Below, piece by piece: positions 1-8,000 of a stretch of DNA of 35,373 nt. The stretch lies in IMG/VR virus record IMGVR_UViG_3300020042_008397, positions 1 to 35,373 of that record; one strand, written 5' to 3'. Each line of letters begins with the position of its first letter. Position 1 is the stretch's first letter. Both the position numbers and the translations under genes were made by a program. The notes under the pieces are model-generated. The model saw only the letters and a list, made by a program, of their open reading frames with translations, ran no database searches and was not told the origin of the DNA. This DNA comes from a virus (Duplodnaviria > Caudoviricetes).

Positions 1-1
1 G

Positions 2-181
2 CTCAATCAGAAATTCGCACCAGAAAGCGATGATTTTCGGCGGTTCGATGAAGGAATTAACGTCGTTCCGCGGTGCTGTCCTGCGCAGGCATGTCTCGCA
101 TCCTTCGCGCCAGTCCCATTCGCCGTCCTCGTCGAATCCCACGCCATCGCATCGGGCTACGTCATTTGGTAGTGTGTTCAT
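2..181 (-). CDS. Small Cys-rich phage hypothetical protein, 3' end outside window (not in ORF track)
   Basis: ATG at 181 overlaps the stop of the upstream ORF (ATGA); reads MNTLPNDVARCDG...WREGCETCLRRT...IEPPKIIAFWCEFLIE open to the window edge. Confidence 0.7.
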   Translation of the reverse strand, partial: MNTLPNDVARCDGVGFDEDGEWDWREGCETCLRRTAPRNDVNSFIEPPKIIAFWCEFLIE

Positions 182-420
182 CGGTCAGTTGGTTTGTAGT
201 TTGCGTGATCGAAAAGCACCTGCCAGTCATCGCGGTTGGTCGTGGCATCTTGGTATGCTTCGCGCAAGATTTGATCGCGAGTGAGTTGATCAATGCGCTG
301 CCAGTTGAACATGAGGCATCGGACGATCAATAGCGTGGCTCCTGTGTTACGGTGGTGAGTGTATCGCGCTGCAAAAACAAGCGCGGTGTTTTCTAGACGT
401 TGGTATGGTTCTGTGTTCAT
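178..420 (-). CDS. Hypothetical protein
   Basis: Track ORF 178..447; ATG at 420 (MNTEPYQ) follows an A/C-rich leader like other genes here. Confidence 0.6.
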   Translation of the reverse strand: MNTEPYQRLENTALVFAARYTHHRNTGATLLIVRCLMFNWQRIDQLTRDQILREAYQDATTNRDDWQVLFDHANYKPTDR

Positions 421-470
421 TTTGTTTTGGTCATTTTGTTTTAACATGTTGATGCACTAAACGCATTGCG

Positions 471-785
471 TTAGTGATCTTGGCTGTTCGGCAAATATGA
501 ATCAGCCACTTCCCTGACGCTGTGGATATACACACCTCCAGCAGACCATTTAGTCTTCGCGTGGCATCCATCATCCTCAATCCCGATCCAGCACGATACG
601 GTTTCGAGCGCGTCAAGCCGCTCCTTGTCCGCGACAAGTGATTCCAAGGCATCAGCGGCCTCGGTCATCAGTTCGCTGGCGTTGTAGTGTCTGTCTCGTC
701 CGCGCAAATGCCGAACGAGGCGGTGGAGGTCAACGCTGACCGCGTTGGAGCCCCCTGTGTTTTCAATGTCTTTTTTCGCGGTCAT
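471..785 (-). CDS. Hypothetical protein
   Basis: 104-aa ORF co-oriented with neighbours; 'LMTEAADALESL' resembles common small phage proteins. Confidence 0.55.
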   Translation of the reverse strand: MTAKKDIENTGGSNAVSVDLHRLVRHLRGRDRHYNASELMTEAADALESLVADKERLDALETVSCWIGIEDDGCHAKTKWSAGGVYIHSVREVADSYLPNSQDH

Positions 786-803
786 CGTGAGTCACTTTTA
801 TCG

Positions 804-995
804 TTAGCCACAGCAATTTATGAAGTTACGGAGTCCTTCGGGAGTGTCGCATCCACTTCCATTGTCGGCAGCAGATTCCCACGCCTTGACTTGCCCCTCC
901 AGTTTTCGGATGCGCCGTGCAGCTTCGTTAAATATATCCTCTTGGTCGGTGCTTGGGTAATCGTGCAAGAGGCAGATAAAGTCAGAGTTGGTCAT
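804..995 (-). CDS. Hypothetical protein
   Basis: MTNSDFI...EAARRIRKLE; ATG overlaps the upstream stop at 992-994. Confidence 0.55.
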   Translation of the reverse strand: MTNSDFICLLHDYPSTDQEDIFNEAARRIRKLEGQVKAWESAADNGSGCDTPEGLRNFINCCG

Positions 996-1115
996 TTCTT
1001 CATACATAATTCAAAGAGGGCTAACATGTGGATAGGCATTTTATCACTCCATTTAAAGCGTAAATGTAAAGTATGCGGTTTATTTTGATTGTGTTCATTT
1101 TGTTTTGGTTCTTGG

Positions 1116-1646
1116 TTAAAACGATTGTTCATCTGTCGTGTCGGTCTTGGTCGGATCGAAGCCCAGGTAGGAACGGAAGTCCAATCCATCTCCGAGGTGT
1201 CCGAGCTTAGCTCTGGTTTGCTCCCTGATCTGCGCATGTAGCGCGTCAACTTCCTGCCGTCCTGCGTAATATGCCGTTTGCTGCGCCTCAGCGTGCTTTT
1301 CCTCGCGTTCTGCGTTGCGGTCAGATAGATTATACCCGCGCACCACTAAATCTCGAATTTCGGCACTTGTGAAGCCCATAACGAAGCCTGACATCTGTTC
1401 GCCGAGGATCATCAGCTTTTTGACCTTTCGAGCTTCGCCATCCTTCCAGATTGACTTCGGTGTAAAAAGATTGCTTTTTCGCAAATCGGCAATAAAGTTC
1501 TTCCTGCTTTTCGGGTCTTTGTGGAAGTTGTCGAGTCGTTCGGCAATGAGCCAGACGGCATCGCATGACCGGCAGAACATGCCGCGTGAGCTTGGACGGG
1601 TGCAATTGATGCAAGGTCGTGTGTGTAGTTTGATTTGTGTTTTCAT
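1116..1646 (-). CDS. Hypothetical protein with N-terminal CxxC...CxxC (putative Zn finger)
   Basis: ATG at 1646 overlaps the initiator stop; CINC and CRSC motifs. Confidence 0.65.
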   Translation of the reverse strand: MKTQIKLHTRPCINCTRPSSRGMFCRSCDAVWLIAERLDNFHKDPKSRKNFIADLRKSNLFTPKSIWKDGEARKVKKLMILGEQMSGFVMGFTSAEIRDLVVRGYNLSDRNAEREEKHAEAQQTAYYAGRQEVDALHAQIREQTRAKLGHLGDGLDFRSYLGFDPTKTDTTDEQSF

Positions 1647-2686
1647 GATCCGTAGTAGAGTGAGTCTCGTGAGTTTGGCGCGCGGTAGCCTGTGGCTTTC
1701 TTCCAGCGTTCGCAAGCTGTCCAAATGCCGCTGAGTGATTCGCAGAACTTGCTTCGGTTGTCTGGTCGAAAATATCCTTCGGCGTTCGATTCAAAATATG
1801 CTTTCAAGATTTGCAAGTCATCGTCGGTGAGTGCGGCGAGCTGCTGCTGGTATTTGATGAGCGCGGCTCGATCCTCATTGTTCCACGGGATTTTCTGCCA
1901 TGAAGTTCTGATGCTGTCGATTGCGCCCATCAGTAAAACGGCTTCGTCGTCTGGAATTGATGTGGATGTTGCCGCTGCTTGCATGGGTGTATTTTCCCAT
2001 TGCGCGTTTGTGATCCAAATGTGCGCACCTTCGGAAAAGCCGTCTATCCATTTCGCTGATGCATTCCAAGCCGCCAATGATTGCTGCAATGTTTCAATCG
2101 ATGGTTTGATTTTGGTTTTTCGCCATGCTTCGGCAAATTGTTTTTTGCTGGAACGCTCCCTGCTTTTTGGAGGGAACATATCCCAAAGTGTTTTCAATAT
2201 CTCGCTTTCGTCCGATGAAATCGGGCAAGATATTTCCTTTCCTTGTTCCTTTCCTTTCCTTGTTCCCTTCCCTTCCCTTCCACTAGTGCAAGTCAAAGTG
2301 GCGTGGTCGTCGCGTGATGCACGCGTCAAGCACGCGTCGATTTCATTGCAATCATAAGGGTTTGGCAGTTCTGATTCCCTTTCTCGATTGTTTATGACCT
2401 GATGTTTTTCAAACGATGGTATAAATCCGAAAAAGTTTCCTTCGCACTCATATTTTCCGATAAATCCACGCGTGTGCAACGCGTCAAGCACGCGTGAAAA
2501 GTTGATTCCGTCATACGGCAAAATTTGCACTCCAAGCCTTCTTGGCTCCCATTTGAAACGCCCTTCACGATCTGCTGCGCACCATAGCCCTGTGTAAGCC
2601 AGCCGCAACGGCAAAGAATGTTCTTGCTCTGCTTCGTAGAGCATTTCGTGAGTGTAAAATTCTGGTTTAATTGTTCTGATCCTCAT
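1643..2686 (-). CDS. Phage replication initiator / replisome organizer
   Basis: N-terminus MRIRTIKPEFY...LAYTGLWCAADREGRF...IPSFEKHQ typical of phage initiators; central GKGKE-type linker; C-terminal 'WDMFPPK...SSKKQFAEAWRK' domain; internal iterons. Confidence 0.85.
   Translation of the reverse strand: MRIRTIKPEFYTHEMLYEAEQEHSLPLRLAYTGLWCAADREGRFKWEPRRLGVQILPYDGINFSRVLDALHTRGFIGKYECEGNFFGFIPSFEKHQVINNRERESELPNPYDCNEIDACLTRASRDDHATLTCTSGREGKGTRKGKEQGKEISCPISSDESEILKTLWDMFPPKSRERSSKKQFAEAWRKTKIKPSIETLQQSLAAWNASAKWIDGFSEGAHIWITNAQWENTPMQAAATSTSIPDDEAVLLMGAIDSIRTSWQKIPWNNEDRAALIKYQQQLAALTDDDLQILKAYFESNAEGYFRPDNRSKFCESLSGIWTACERWKKATGYRAPNSRDSLYYGS
2299..2495. repeat. Putative replication origin iterons inside the initiator gene
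   Basis: ACGCGT-type hexamers at 11-bp spacing (2310, 2321, 2332 and 2468, 2479, 2490); 17-mer ACGCGTCAAGCACGCGT at 2321 and 2479; adjacent pyrimidine tract ~2232-2281. Confidence 0.7.
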
Positions 2687-2697
2687 AATTTTGGACA

Positions 2698-2845
2698 ATA
2701 AAAATCCCGCCATCAGTAGCAGTGCTCACCTGCATCATCCGAAGAATCCGCAGAACTGCGCCTAATGGCGGGGAAATATTTAGCCTGTCTCGTCACGGTG
2801 AGCGTGTGACGCGCGCAATATGCGCTATTTTGTGCAAATTCTCAA
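2698..2845 (-). promoter_or_regulatory. Promoter plus structured attenuator-like leader of the replication initiator
   Basis: TTGAGA-17-CATATT (2845-2817); hairpin CGTCAC/GTGACG displaying GCTCACC; large hairpin CCCGCCATTAG/CTGATGGCGGG followed by a T tract and containing the complementary GGTGAGC. Confidence 0.6.
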
Positions 2846-3216
2846 GCAATCATTTTCGATTTGGCGATTTGGTCGATCATGCCCTGGAGGTTTGCGCTGA
2901 CCTCTGCTGACTCCTTACGCCCTTTGTCGGTCAAGATGTAGGTGTAGAATGAGTGCGGATTCGTGAACTGCTCATGCTTGATCTTCGTGATATACCGCTC
3001 GTGACCTTTCCAGCCTTTGAGGTATCTGTGGTCGCAGCACTTTTGTGATGCCGCTTGCATGTCTCCCGTCCTGACCGGCGTGTCGTATTGCGCGAGTTCC
3101 AGTAAAAAGACCGCTCGGTAGATACTCATGCCATAAATCAAATGTTTGATTTGATCGCGTGATATATCGCCTTTTGGCGTGCGGATTACAAGTTGTAGTA
3201 GTTTCAGTGGTGTCAT
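2842..3216 (-). CDS. Putative winged-helix (MarR-like) DNA-binding protein
   Basis: C-terminal 'YILTDKGRK' wing motif; 124 aa. Confidence 0.45.
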   Translation of the reverse strand: MTPLKLLQLVIRTPKGDISRDQIKHLIYGMSIYRAVFLLELAQYDTPVRTGDMQAASQKCCDHRYLKGWKGHERYITKIKHEQFTNPHSFYTYILTDKGRKESAEVSANLQGMIDQIAKSKMIA

Positions 3217-5882
3217 AGCTTTAATTCAAGTTCAACTTGGTTTTCATCTGTTATTTCATCATCGGATTGCACCTCTAATTCTTCAGCTTCTTTTTTGTTA
3301 GCAGTGTAATCCTGCGCCCCGTTATCTCGATCAAGTGCTTCCATGTCGAACAGGTCTGGTATAGTGATCTCAGCTTCCATAGCTGCGCACCATCCTGCGC
3401 CGTCTGCAAAGTATGACTTGTTAAGCTCAAATGCGATACCCTTGCGTTTGAACTTCATAGCCCGATAAGGAACTGTCATGATGCCGCCAAAAGGATCTAA
3501 TACAGTTTCCCCCTTGTTGGTAAATTGCTTAATGCAGCGATCGACAATATCAAACTGCAACGGGCAAAGGTGCATTTCTTGACCCTTGCTGTATTGCTGG
3601 CTATTCAACGTCATCATACGTGTAACATCGGACCATACTTCCTCACTCCATGATTGCGGTTGTAATAACATAAAACCAGTAGGAAGCATGTTCATCTCAT
3701 CGCACCATCCTGCAATCTCAACGTGATTCTCGTAGCTGTAAATCTGCGTTTCAGACCATGCTTTGAACTTGCGGAAAACTTCAGCGTGAGAAAGACCTTC
3801 AAAGTCTGCTTTTGTCAAAAGTCGATTTCCGCTTGAACGTGTGAAGCCGTGAGCGTCTGCTTGCCATCTTGCGCGACTGTAACGCTCTTTTGATTTGACT
3901 ACAGGCTCATCAGCATAGCCTTTCGTGCTGTCGGTCTGTGGCTTGCGAAACATTAGCAAATATTCTGGCATTCCTACTCCCATTTTGGATCCGTCCTTGC
4001 ATTGTTCCGTCCATCCTAGGCGATATGTTTGCGCGTTCTCACGAACAACGTCTGTAACAATTGTTTTCATGCCCATATATGCAAATCCATGTTTTAAGAA
4101 ATGATTCATGGTGTGCATGTGAAACGGGTAAACCGTTTGGAAGCCTAGCCCTGTCATACCGCCTGGAATGATACGATCTTTGACGTGGATGCAAGCCAAG
4201 CGTCCAGGCTTTAATGCTCGCAGCAAGTTAGGTGTAAGAAAGTCCATCTGATCGAAAAACTCCTCGTTGCCCTCGCTGTGTCCAAAGTCAGCGTAGTTTG
4301 GTGAGTATTCGTATTGCGTAGAAAACGGAATAGAGGTGACAATCAAGTCAACGCTATTCTCTGGCAATGCCGCCGTTTCAATCACTGTATCGTTATTGAC
4401 GATGCGGTAATGCTCACCCTGAATCTCTACTCGATCCATGCCCATGCCCCGCGCCAATGTCCCCGCCATCGCTTGCGCTGATAGCCCAAATGTTCTAATA
4501 ATATCGCTCATTTTTTTAGTTAGTTTTGTGTGTTGCTGCCATTTTCTTTCGAGTTGTTGGCGAACTCCTCTTTCCGCTTCGGAAAAAATAATGTCAACGC
4601 GAACGGTCTTGGTTTGCCCGAAACGCTGAACCCTGTGGATTGCTTGGATGAAATCATTAAACTTGAATCCAATGCCAAGAAAGATTGACCAGTGGCAATG
4701 TCGTTGGAAGTTGCAACCACTGCCAGCGATGCGAGGCTTCGTGGAAAGCTCTTTATATTTGCCATTGGAAAAGTCTATGATTAGCTGCTCTCTAAGCTCC
4801 AATTCTTGCGAGCCAAAAACCGCTTTTGACTCTGGAATTGCTTGCTGAATCGCATGTCTTTCATCCTCCAAATCGTGCCAAATCAAAACATGATCCTCAG
4901 GGAACTCATTGCGAATCTCTAGCATTTTATCAACTCGCTTTGTAAGACTTTCGCGCTTTTCACGGCTCGCGTCTTGGATTCCAATCGCCGCATCCTTTAG
5001 TAGCTTCCCTTGCCCTAGCTTGTCATATCCTGCGTTACTGTGATCGGTAGTGACTTCATGCCAGCGAACCTCTAGCGGGGGCATGTCGTAGCCTTCATCC
5101 GAGAATCCAAGGTCACTTGGACGCTGCACAAATAAAGCCCATGAGCTAACCCATAACCAAAACTCTTCTTCTTTATGAGCGTGCAACGTAAGCTTGTCAG
5201 CCTTGGTGCTATCACGTTTGAAAAAGCGTGTTTTTGCTTGTGAAACATCCATGATGCCAAGAAAGTCGGCATAAGCAAGTAGCTCGATGTAGTCATTCGG
5301 TGATGGTGTAGCAGTTGCCACAAAGCGAAACTGCACCGTTTTACCATCTTGTCGATGATTGCGGCTAGGGCCACCGTCACCCGTAAAGAGTCGCATGAAC
5401 TCGCGAAAAGTCTTGCTGCCTCCAAAACCTCGCAAGACGCTAGCTTCGTCAAGAGTGGCAACTGTGAACTCGGCAGGATCCAATTTTCCGTCTCGGATGG
5501 TTTCGTAGTTCGTCATGTAAATCCCATTAGGGTCGGTAGCCTCTTCAATCCTGCGGATGAATAACGGCGGCTTTTCCCATTTGAGAATCTCTAGGCTGTC
5601 ACGCACAAACTCTTGGCGAACTCCTAAAGGTATGACAATCAAACCCATACCTCCAGCAATGTCGCGAGTAATGCGAACGCTTTCAAGTTGGATAATCGAC
5701 TTGCCTAGTCCAAAGCTGGCAAAGCAAGCCCTGCGTCCACCCTTGACCATCCATTCAACAATCGCCTTCTGGTGAGGTTTCAGGATTGGATTGATACCGC
5801 TAGCATGGATTTTATGCCCTTGCTCCTTTTCTATCTTGATTTTTGACTGCAAAAAAGCAGCGTAGTTTTCTTGTGTATTCAT
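3213..5882 (-). CDS. SF2 (SNF2-like) helicase - N4/N6 DNA methyltransferase fusion
   Basis: Helicase motifs GLGKS, LDEAS, TATP, QAIHRVQRFGQ; MTase motif IV-like DLIVTSIPF and SAM-binding VLDPFGG in beta-class order. Confidence 0.9.
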   Translation of the reverse strand: MNTQENYAAFLQSKIKIEKEQGHKIHASGINPILKPHQKAIVEWMVKGGRRACFASFGLGKSIIQLESVRITRDIAGGMGLIVIPLGVRQEFVRDSLEILKWEKPPLFIRRIEEATDPNGIYMTNYETIRDGKLDPAEFTVATLDEASVLRGFGGSKTFREFMRLFTGDGGPSRNHRQDGKTVQFRFVATATPSPNDYIELLAYADFLGIMDVSQAKTRFFKRDSTKADKLTLHAHKEEEFWLWVSSWALFVQRPSDLGFSDEGYDMPPLEVRWHEVTTDHSNAGYDKLGQGKLLKDAAIGIQDASREKRESLTKRVDKMLEIRNEFPEDHVLIWHDLEDERHAIQQAIPESKAVFGSQELELREQLIIDFSNGKYKELSTKPRIAGSGCNFQRHCHWSIFLGIGFKFNDFIQAIHRVQRFGQTKTVRVDIIFSEAERGVRQQLERKWQQHTKLTKKMSDIIRTFGLSAQAMAGTLARGMGMDRVEIQGEHYRIVNNDTVIETAALPENSVDLIVTSIPFSTQYEYSPNYADFGHSEGNEEFFDQMDFLTPNLLRALKPGRLACIHVKDRIIPGGMTGLGFQTVYPFHMHTMNHFLKHGFAYMGMKTIVTDVVRENAQTYRLGWTEQCKDGSKMGVGMPEYLLMFRKPQTDSTKGYADEPVVKSKERYSRARWQADAHGFTRSSGNRLLTKADFEGLSHAEVFRKFKAWSETQIYSYENHVEIAGWCDEMNMLPTGFMLLQPQSWSEEVWSDVTRMMTLNSQQYSKGQEMHLCPLQFDIVDRCIKQFTNKGETVLDPFGGIMTVPYRAMKFKRKGIAFELNKSYFADGAGWCAAMEAEITIPDLFDMEALDRDNGAQDYTANKKEAEELEVQSDDEITDENQVELELKL

Positions 5883-5907
5883 TTTTTCTGTGTGTTCTGA
5901 GATTCTT

Positions 5908-5945
5908 GCCCCGCCGCGCCTGAACGATGCGGCAGGGGGTTTTCT
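5908..5945. promoter_or_regulatory. GC-rich hairpin in the helicase-MTase leader (terminator-like on + strand)
   Basis: CCCCGCCGC-gcctgaacgat-GCGGCAGGGGG-TTTTC. Confidence 0.45.
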
Positions 5946-5950
5946 TCGCG

Positions 5951-6235
5951 TCAGCCGATGCTGGGCGAGGAAGTCTTTTGTGCTAGCTCAAGCATTTTAG
6001 CCTCAGCCGCTGCGAGTTCGGAAAGCGGATACGAAAAACCCTTGCTGCCCCATTGCTCGTTAGATGGCGGATACTCGGCGGGTTCGCAGTAGTTACTAGC
6101 AATCGTTCTCCCGTTGTGGCTTTGGATCGCGATAACCTCGTAGCCGTATTGGCTCTTGAAAATGGCGGCGTTTCCTAGTCGGGTTACGATTTGCCAAGTT
6201 AGCCCGTTGCGTTTGTATTCGGTGAGTTGTTTCAT
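5951..6235 (-). CDS. Hypothetical protein
   Basis: MKQLTEYKRNG...EYPPSNEQWGSKGFSY; start trimmed to ATG 6235 after an A/C-rich leader. Confidence 0.65.
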   Translation of the reverse strand: MKQLTEYKRNGLTWQIVTRLGNAAIFKSQYGYEVIAIQSHNGRTIASNYCEPAEYPPSNEQWGSKGFSYPLSELAAAEAKMLELAQKTSSPSIG

Positions 6236-6266
6236 GCTGCGTGTTCTTTCTGTGTTGTTTTGTAGA

Positions 6267-6626
6267 TCAGAACGGCACGTCATCATTGTCATCATCCGCG
6301 GCCGCTGGTGGTGCTTGTCGCTGGGTGGAAGGTGCCGAGGTGCTGCCGAATGTCAGCGTTTTGCAGTTGCCGAGGATCGCGCCTTTTTCGCCGGCGCTGC
6401 GTCGATCCTTGCCGATGTCCAGAGTAATCATGTGCGTGTTCCCGTATTGATCCTCGCCGTTCTTGCCCTCGATGATGTCCACGTTCAGGTAGATACCACC
6501 CTTGTCAGAAACAAAGATATTTGCTGACTTTACAGGGATGGCTACAAGTTTTTCGCCAGTCTTAGTTTCGACGACTCGCACGCCTTCGATTTTGTTTAGT
6601 CCGATGTTTGCTTTTAGTATTTGCAT
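6267..6626 (-). CDS. Putative single-stranded DNA-binding protein
   Basis: Beta-rich body (KGGIYLNVDI, DQYGNTH, ILGN) and acidic C-terminal tail DDDNDDVPF. Confidence 0.65.
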   Translation of the reverse strand: MQILKANIGLNKIEGVRVVETKTGEKLVAIPVKSANIFVSDKGGIYLNVDIIEGKNGEDQYGNTHMITLDIGKDRRSAGEKGAILGNCKTLTFGSTSAPSTQRQAPPAAADDDNDDVPF

Positions 6627-6662
6627 GTTGTTTGTTGGTTGGAGATTATTTTGTTAAGGGTT

Positions 6663-6923
6663 TTAGCAGTTATCTGATTTCATTTTTTTTGCTAATTTTT
6701 CAATTTGCTGAATTTCTTCAAAGTCAAATAAATTACCATTTTCATCGTTTGCCATTGCTTTAAATAGCTTCAAGCAGATTTTCCCAAGTGGGGCGCTTTC
6801 ATGCATTATGATTTCAGAAATTACCATGTTTGTAAATTGAACAACTTCTTGAGTATCAGCAAATTGCATAAAATCACGAACCGTGTCCGTAAGTTGCTTT
6901 TTTGTTATTTCTATTGTTGTCAT
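6663..6923 (-). CDS. Hypothetical protein
   Basis: 86-aa AT-rich ORF, co-oriented. Confidence 0.55.
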   Translation of the reverse strand: MTTIEITKKQLTDTVRDFMQFADTQEVVQFTNMVISEIIMHESAPLGKICLKLFKAMANDENGNLFDFEEIQQIEKLAKKMKSDNC

Positions 6924-6958
6924 CGTTTATTGGATGATGTTTTTTGTTTGTTGGTGAT

Positions 6959-7088
6959 TGGCGAGCGTGGCAGGGTTTGCACCTGCAATGTGACTTGTGG
7001 CTTAAGCCCCGCCTTGTCAGCATCGTTGAATCATCTTGGGGCGGCCAATGATCCCTCTTGTGCTTGCGTCTAATTCCGCCACACGCTC
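6959..7088 (-). ncRNA. tRNA-like RNA with expanded anticodon/variable region (pseudo-tRNA)
   Basis: Acceptor stem GAGCGTG/CACGCTC + GCCA 3' end; Leu-like D arm TGGCGGAATTAGACGC; T arm GCAGG-TGCAAAC-CCTGC; ~80-nt middle with no 7-nt anticodon loop. Confidence 0.7.
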
Positions 7089-7095
7089 AAAATTG

Positions 7096-7584
7096 TTAGT
7101 TGTCCTTCACGAAAACGCCGTTGATCATCGTCCCGTTGCGCTTGCTGATTACGTTGTAGCTATGCTCTACGCACTCGTTAAGCTTTAGACGGTGACTCAT
7201 TGACAACTGATCCAAGCAAGCATTTGCGTAAGCGTATGTATCAGCGTGGCGGAAGCTCATTAAATCAATGACGCATTTTCCTATTTGCTCAAACGCTTCT
7301 TTGTTCGACAACTCATCAATGCTGGCAATTCCAATATTCTCGAAGTTATTCATTTTTGCATGTATCACCAGCGTAACATAAACATCCCCGATGCCGTCTT
7401 TGACTTCTTCTAGGAAATCACGCTCGCTAGTATCATATCGCGATTGATTGTCATACAAAGCCACAGCCTGAGCCGTTTCGATTAGCTCCTCAAGCGTTTT
7501 GGCAAGCTGACCCTCTGGTGTTCCGTTGGCTAAGATGCCCTTGTCATCAGCCCATTTCAAGATTAGTTGGTTTAAGTCGTTCAT
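7096..7584 (-). CDS. MazG-like nucleotide pyrophosphohydrolase
   Basis: QLAKTLEELIE...KDGIGDVYVTL...CVEHSYNVISKRNGTMINGVFVK matches the phage MazG-like pattern. Confidence 0.85.
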   Translation of the reverse strand: MNDLNQLILKWADDKGILANGTPEGQLAKTLEELIETAQAVALYDNQSRYDTSERDFLEEVKDGIGDVYVTLVIHAKMNNFENIGIASIDELSNKEAFEQIGKCVIDLMSFRHADTYAYANACLDQLSMSHRLKLNECVEHSYNVISKRNGTMINGVFVKDN

Positions 7585-7603
7585 GGTGTTTTGTTTTTGG
7601 TTA

Positions 7604-7658
7604 GCGACTCAGCCTACATGAGTAGGAACAGCAGAGCTTGTCCGTTCGGCTGAGTCGC
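7604..7658. other. Intergenic multi-stem structure
   Basis: 11-bp perfect inverted repeat GCGACTCAGCC/GGCTGAGTCGC enclosing a CCTAC/GTAGG hairpin. Confidence 0.55.
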
Positions 7659-7666
7659 CAAGATGT

Positions 7667-7852
7667 TCAAATTTTTGTGCGATCTTCTTTAGAGTTGGCG
7701 GCGGCGTATTGAAGTTTTTTCAGCGTATCACTTGAAAAATATGCAACTAACGTGCGGCGGAATTGATTGAAATACCATGTGGCAAAATCGATATAGTTGT
7801 CAAATCCGTATTGGTTGCCGTTGATGTCTTGGAATGATGTGTAAGCTTTCAT
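7667..7852 (-). CDS. Hypothetical protein
   Basis: MKAYTSF...; ATG 7852 lies just downstream of a predicted promoter. Confidence 0.55.
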   Translation of the reverse strand: MKAYTSFQDINGNQYGFDNYIDFATWYFNQFRRTLVAYFSSDTLKKLQYAAANSKEDRTKI

Positions 7853-7877
7853 AATGTGTGTTCTTGTTGGCGGGGAG

Positions 7878-7907
7878 AGAATAGACCGAAAACCGATTGC
7901 GTGTAAA
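7878..7907 (-). promoter_or_regulatory. Sigma70-like promoter
   Basis: TTTACA-18-TATTCT with AT-rich upstream region. Confidence 0.5.
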
Positions 7908-8000
7908 GATATTTCGCAAACTTTTTTCATTTATTTTTGTTTTTCCTTATTTTACAAGGGTTGCAGCGTTGGTAACGAAACGATTTTCGCTACCAAAACG

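Noticed and set aside
992-1249. 85-aa ORF as annotated in the track
   Set aside because: Largely overlaps the upstream gene; the true coding frame in 992-1131 is ambiguous (a 25-aa alternative starts at 1098), so no call was made
2232-2281. CCTT/CCCTT microsatellite as an independent repeat element
   Set aside because: Encodes the GREGKGTRKGKEQGKE linker common in phage initiators; treated as part of the origin region
1692-2357. Long plus-strand ORFs antisense to real genes (also 21598..22125, 26814..27353, 23795..24157 etc.)
   Set aside because: Shadow frames of well-supported minus-strand genes, with no recognisable motifs
6959-7088. Functional decoding tRNA-Leu or tmRNA
   Set aside because: No 7-nt anticodon loop and non-canonical T loop; too short for tmRNA, no tag ORF and no G-U alanine identity pair
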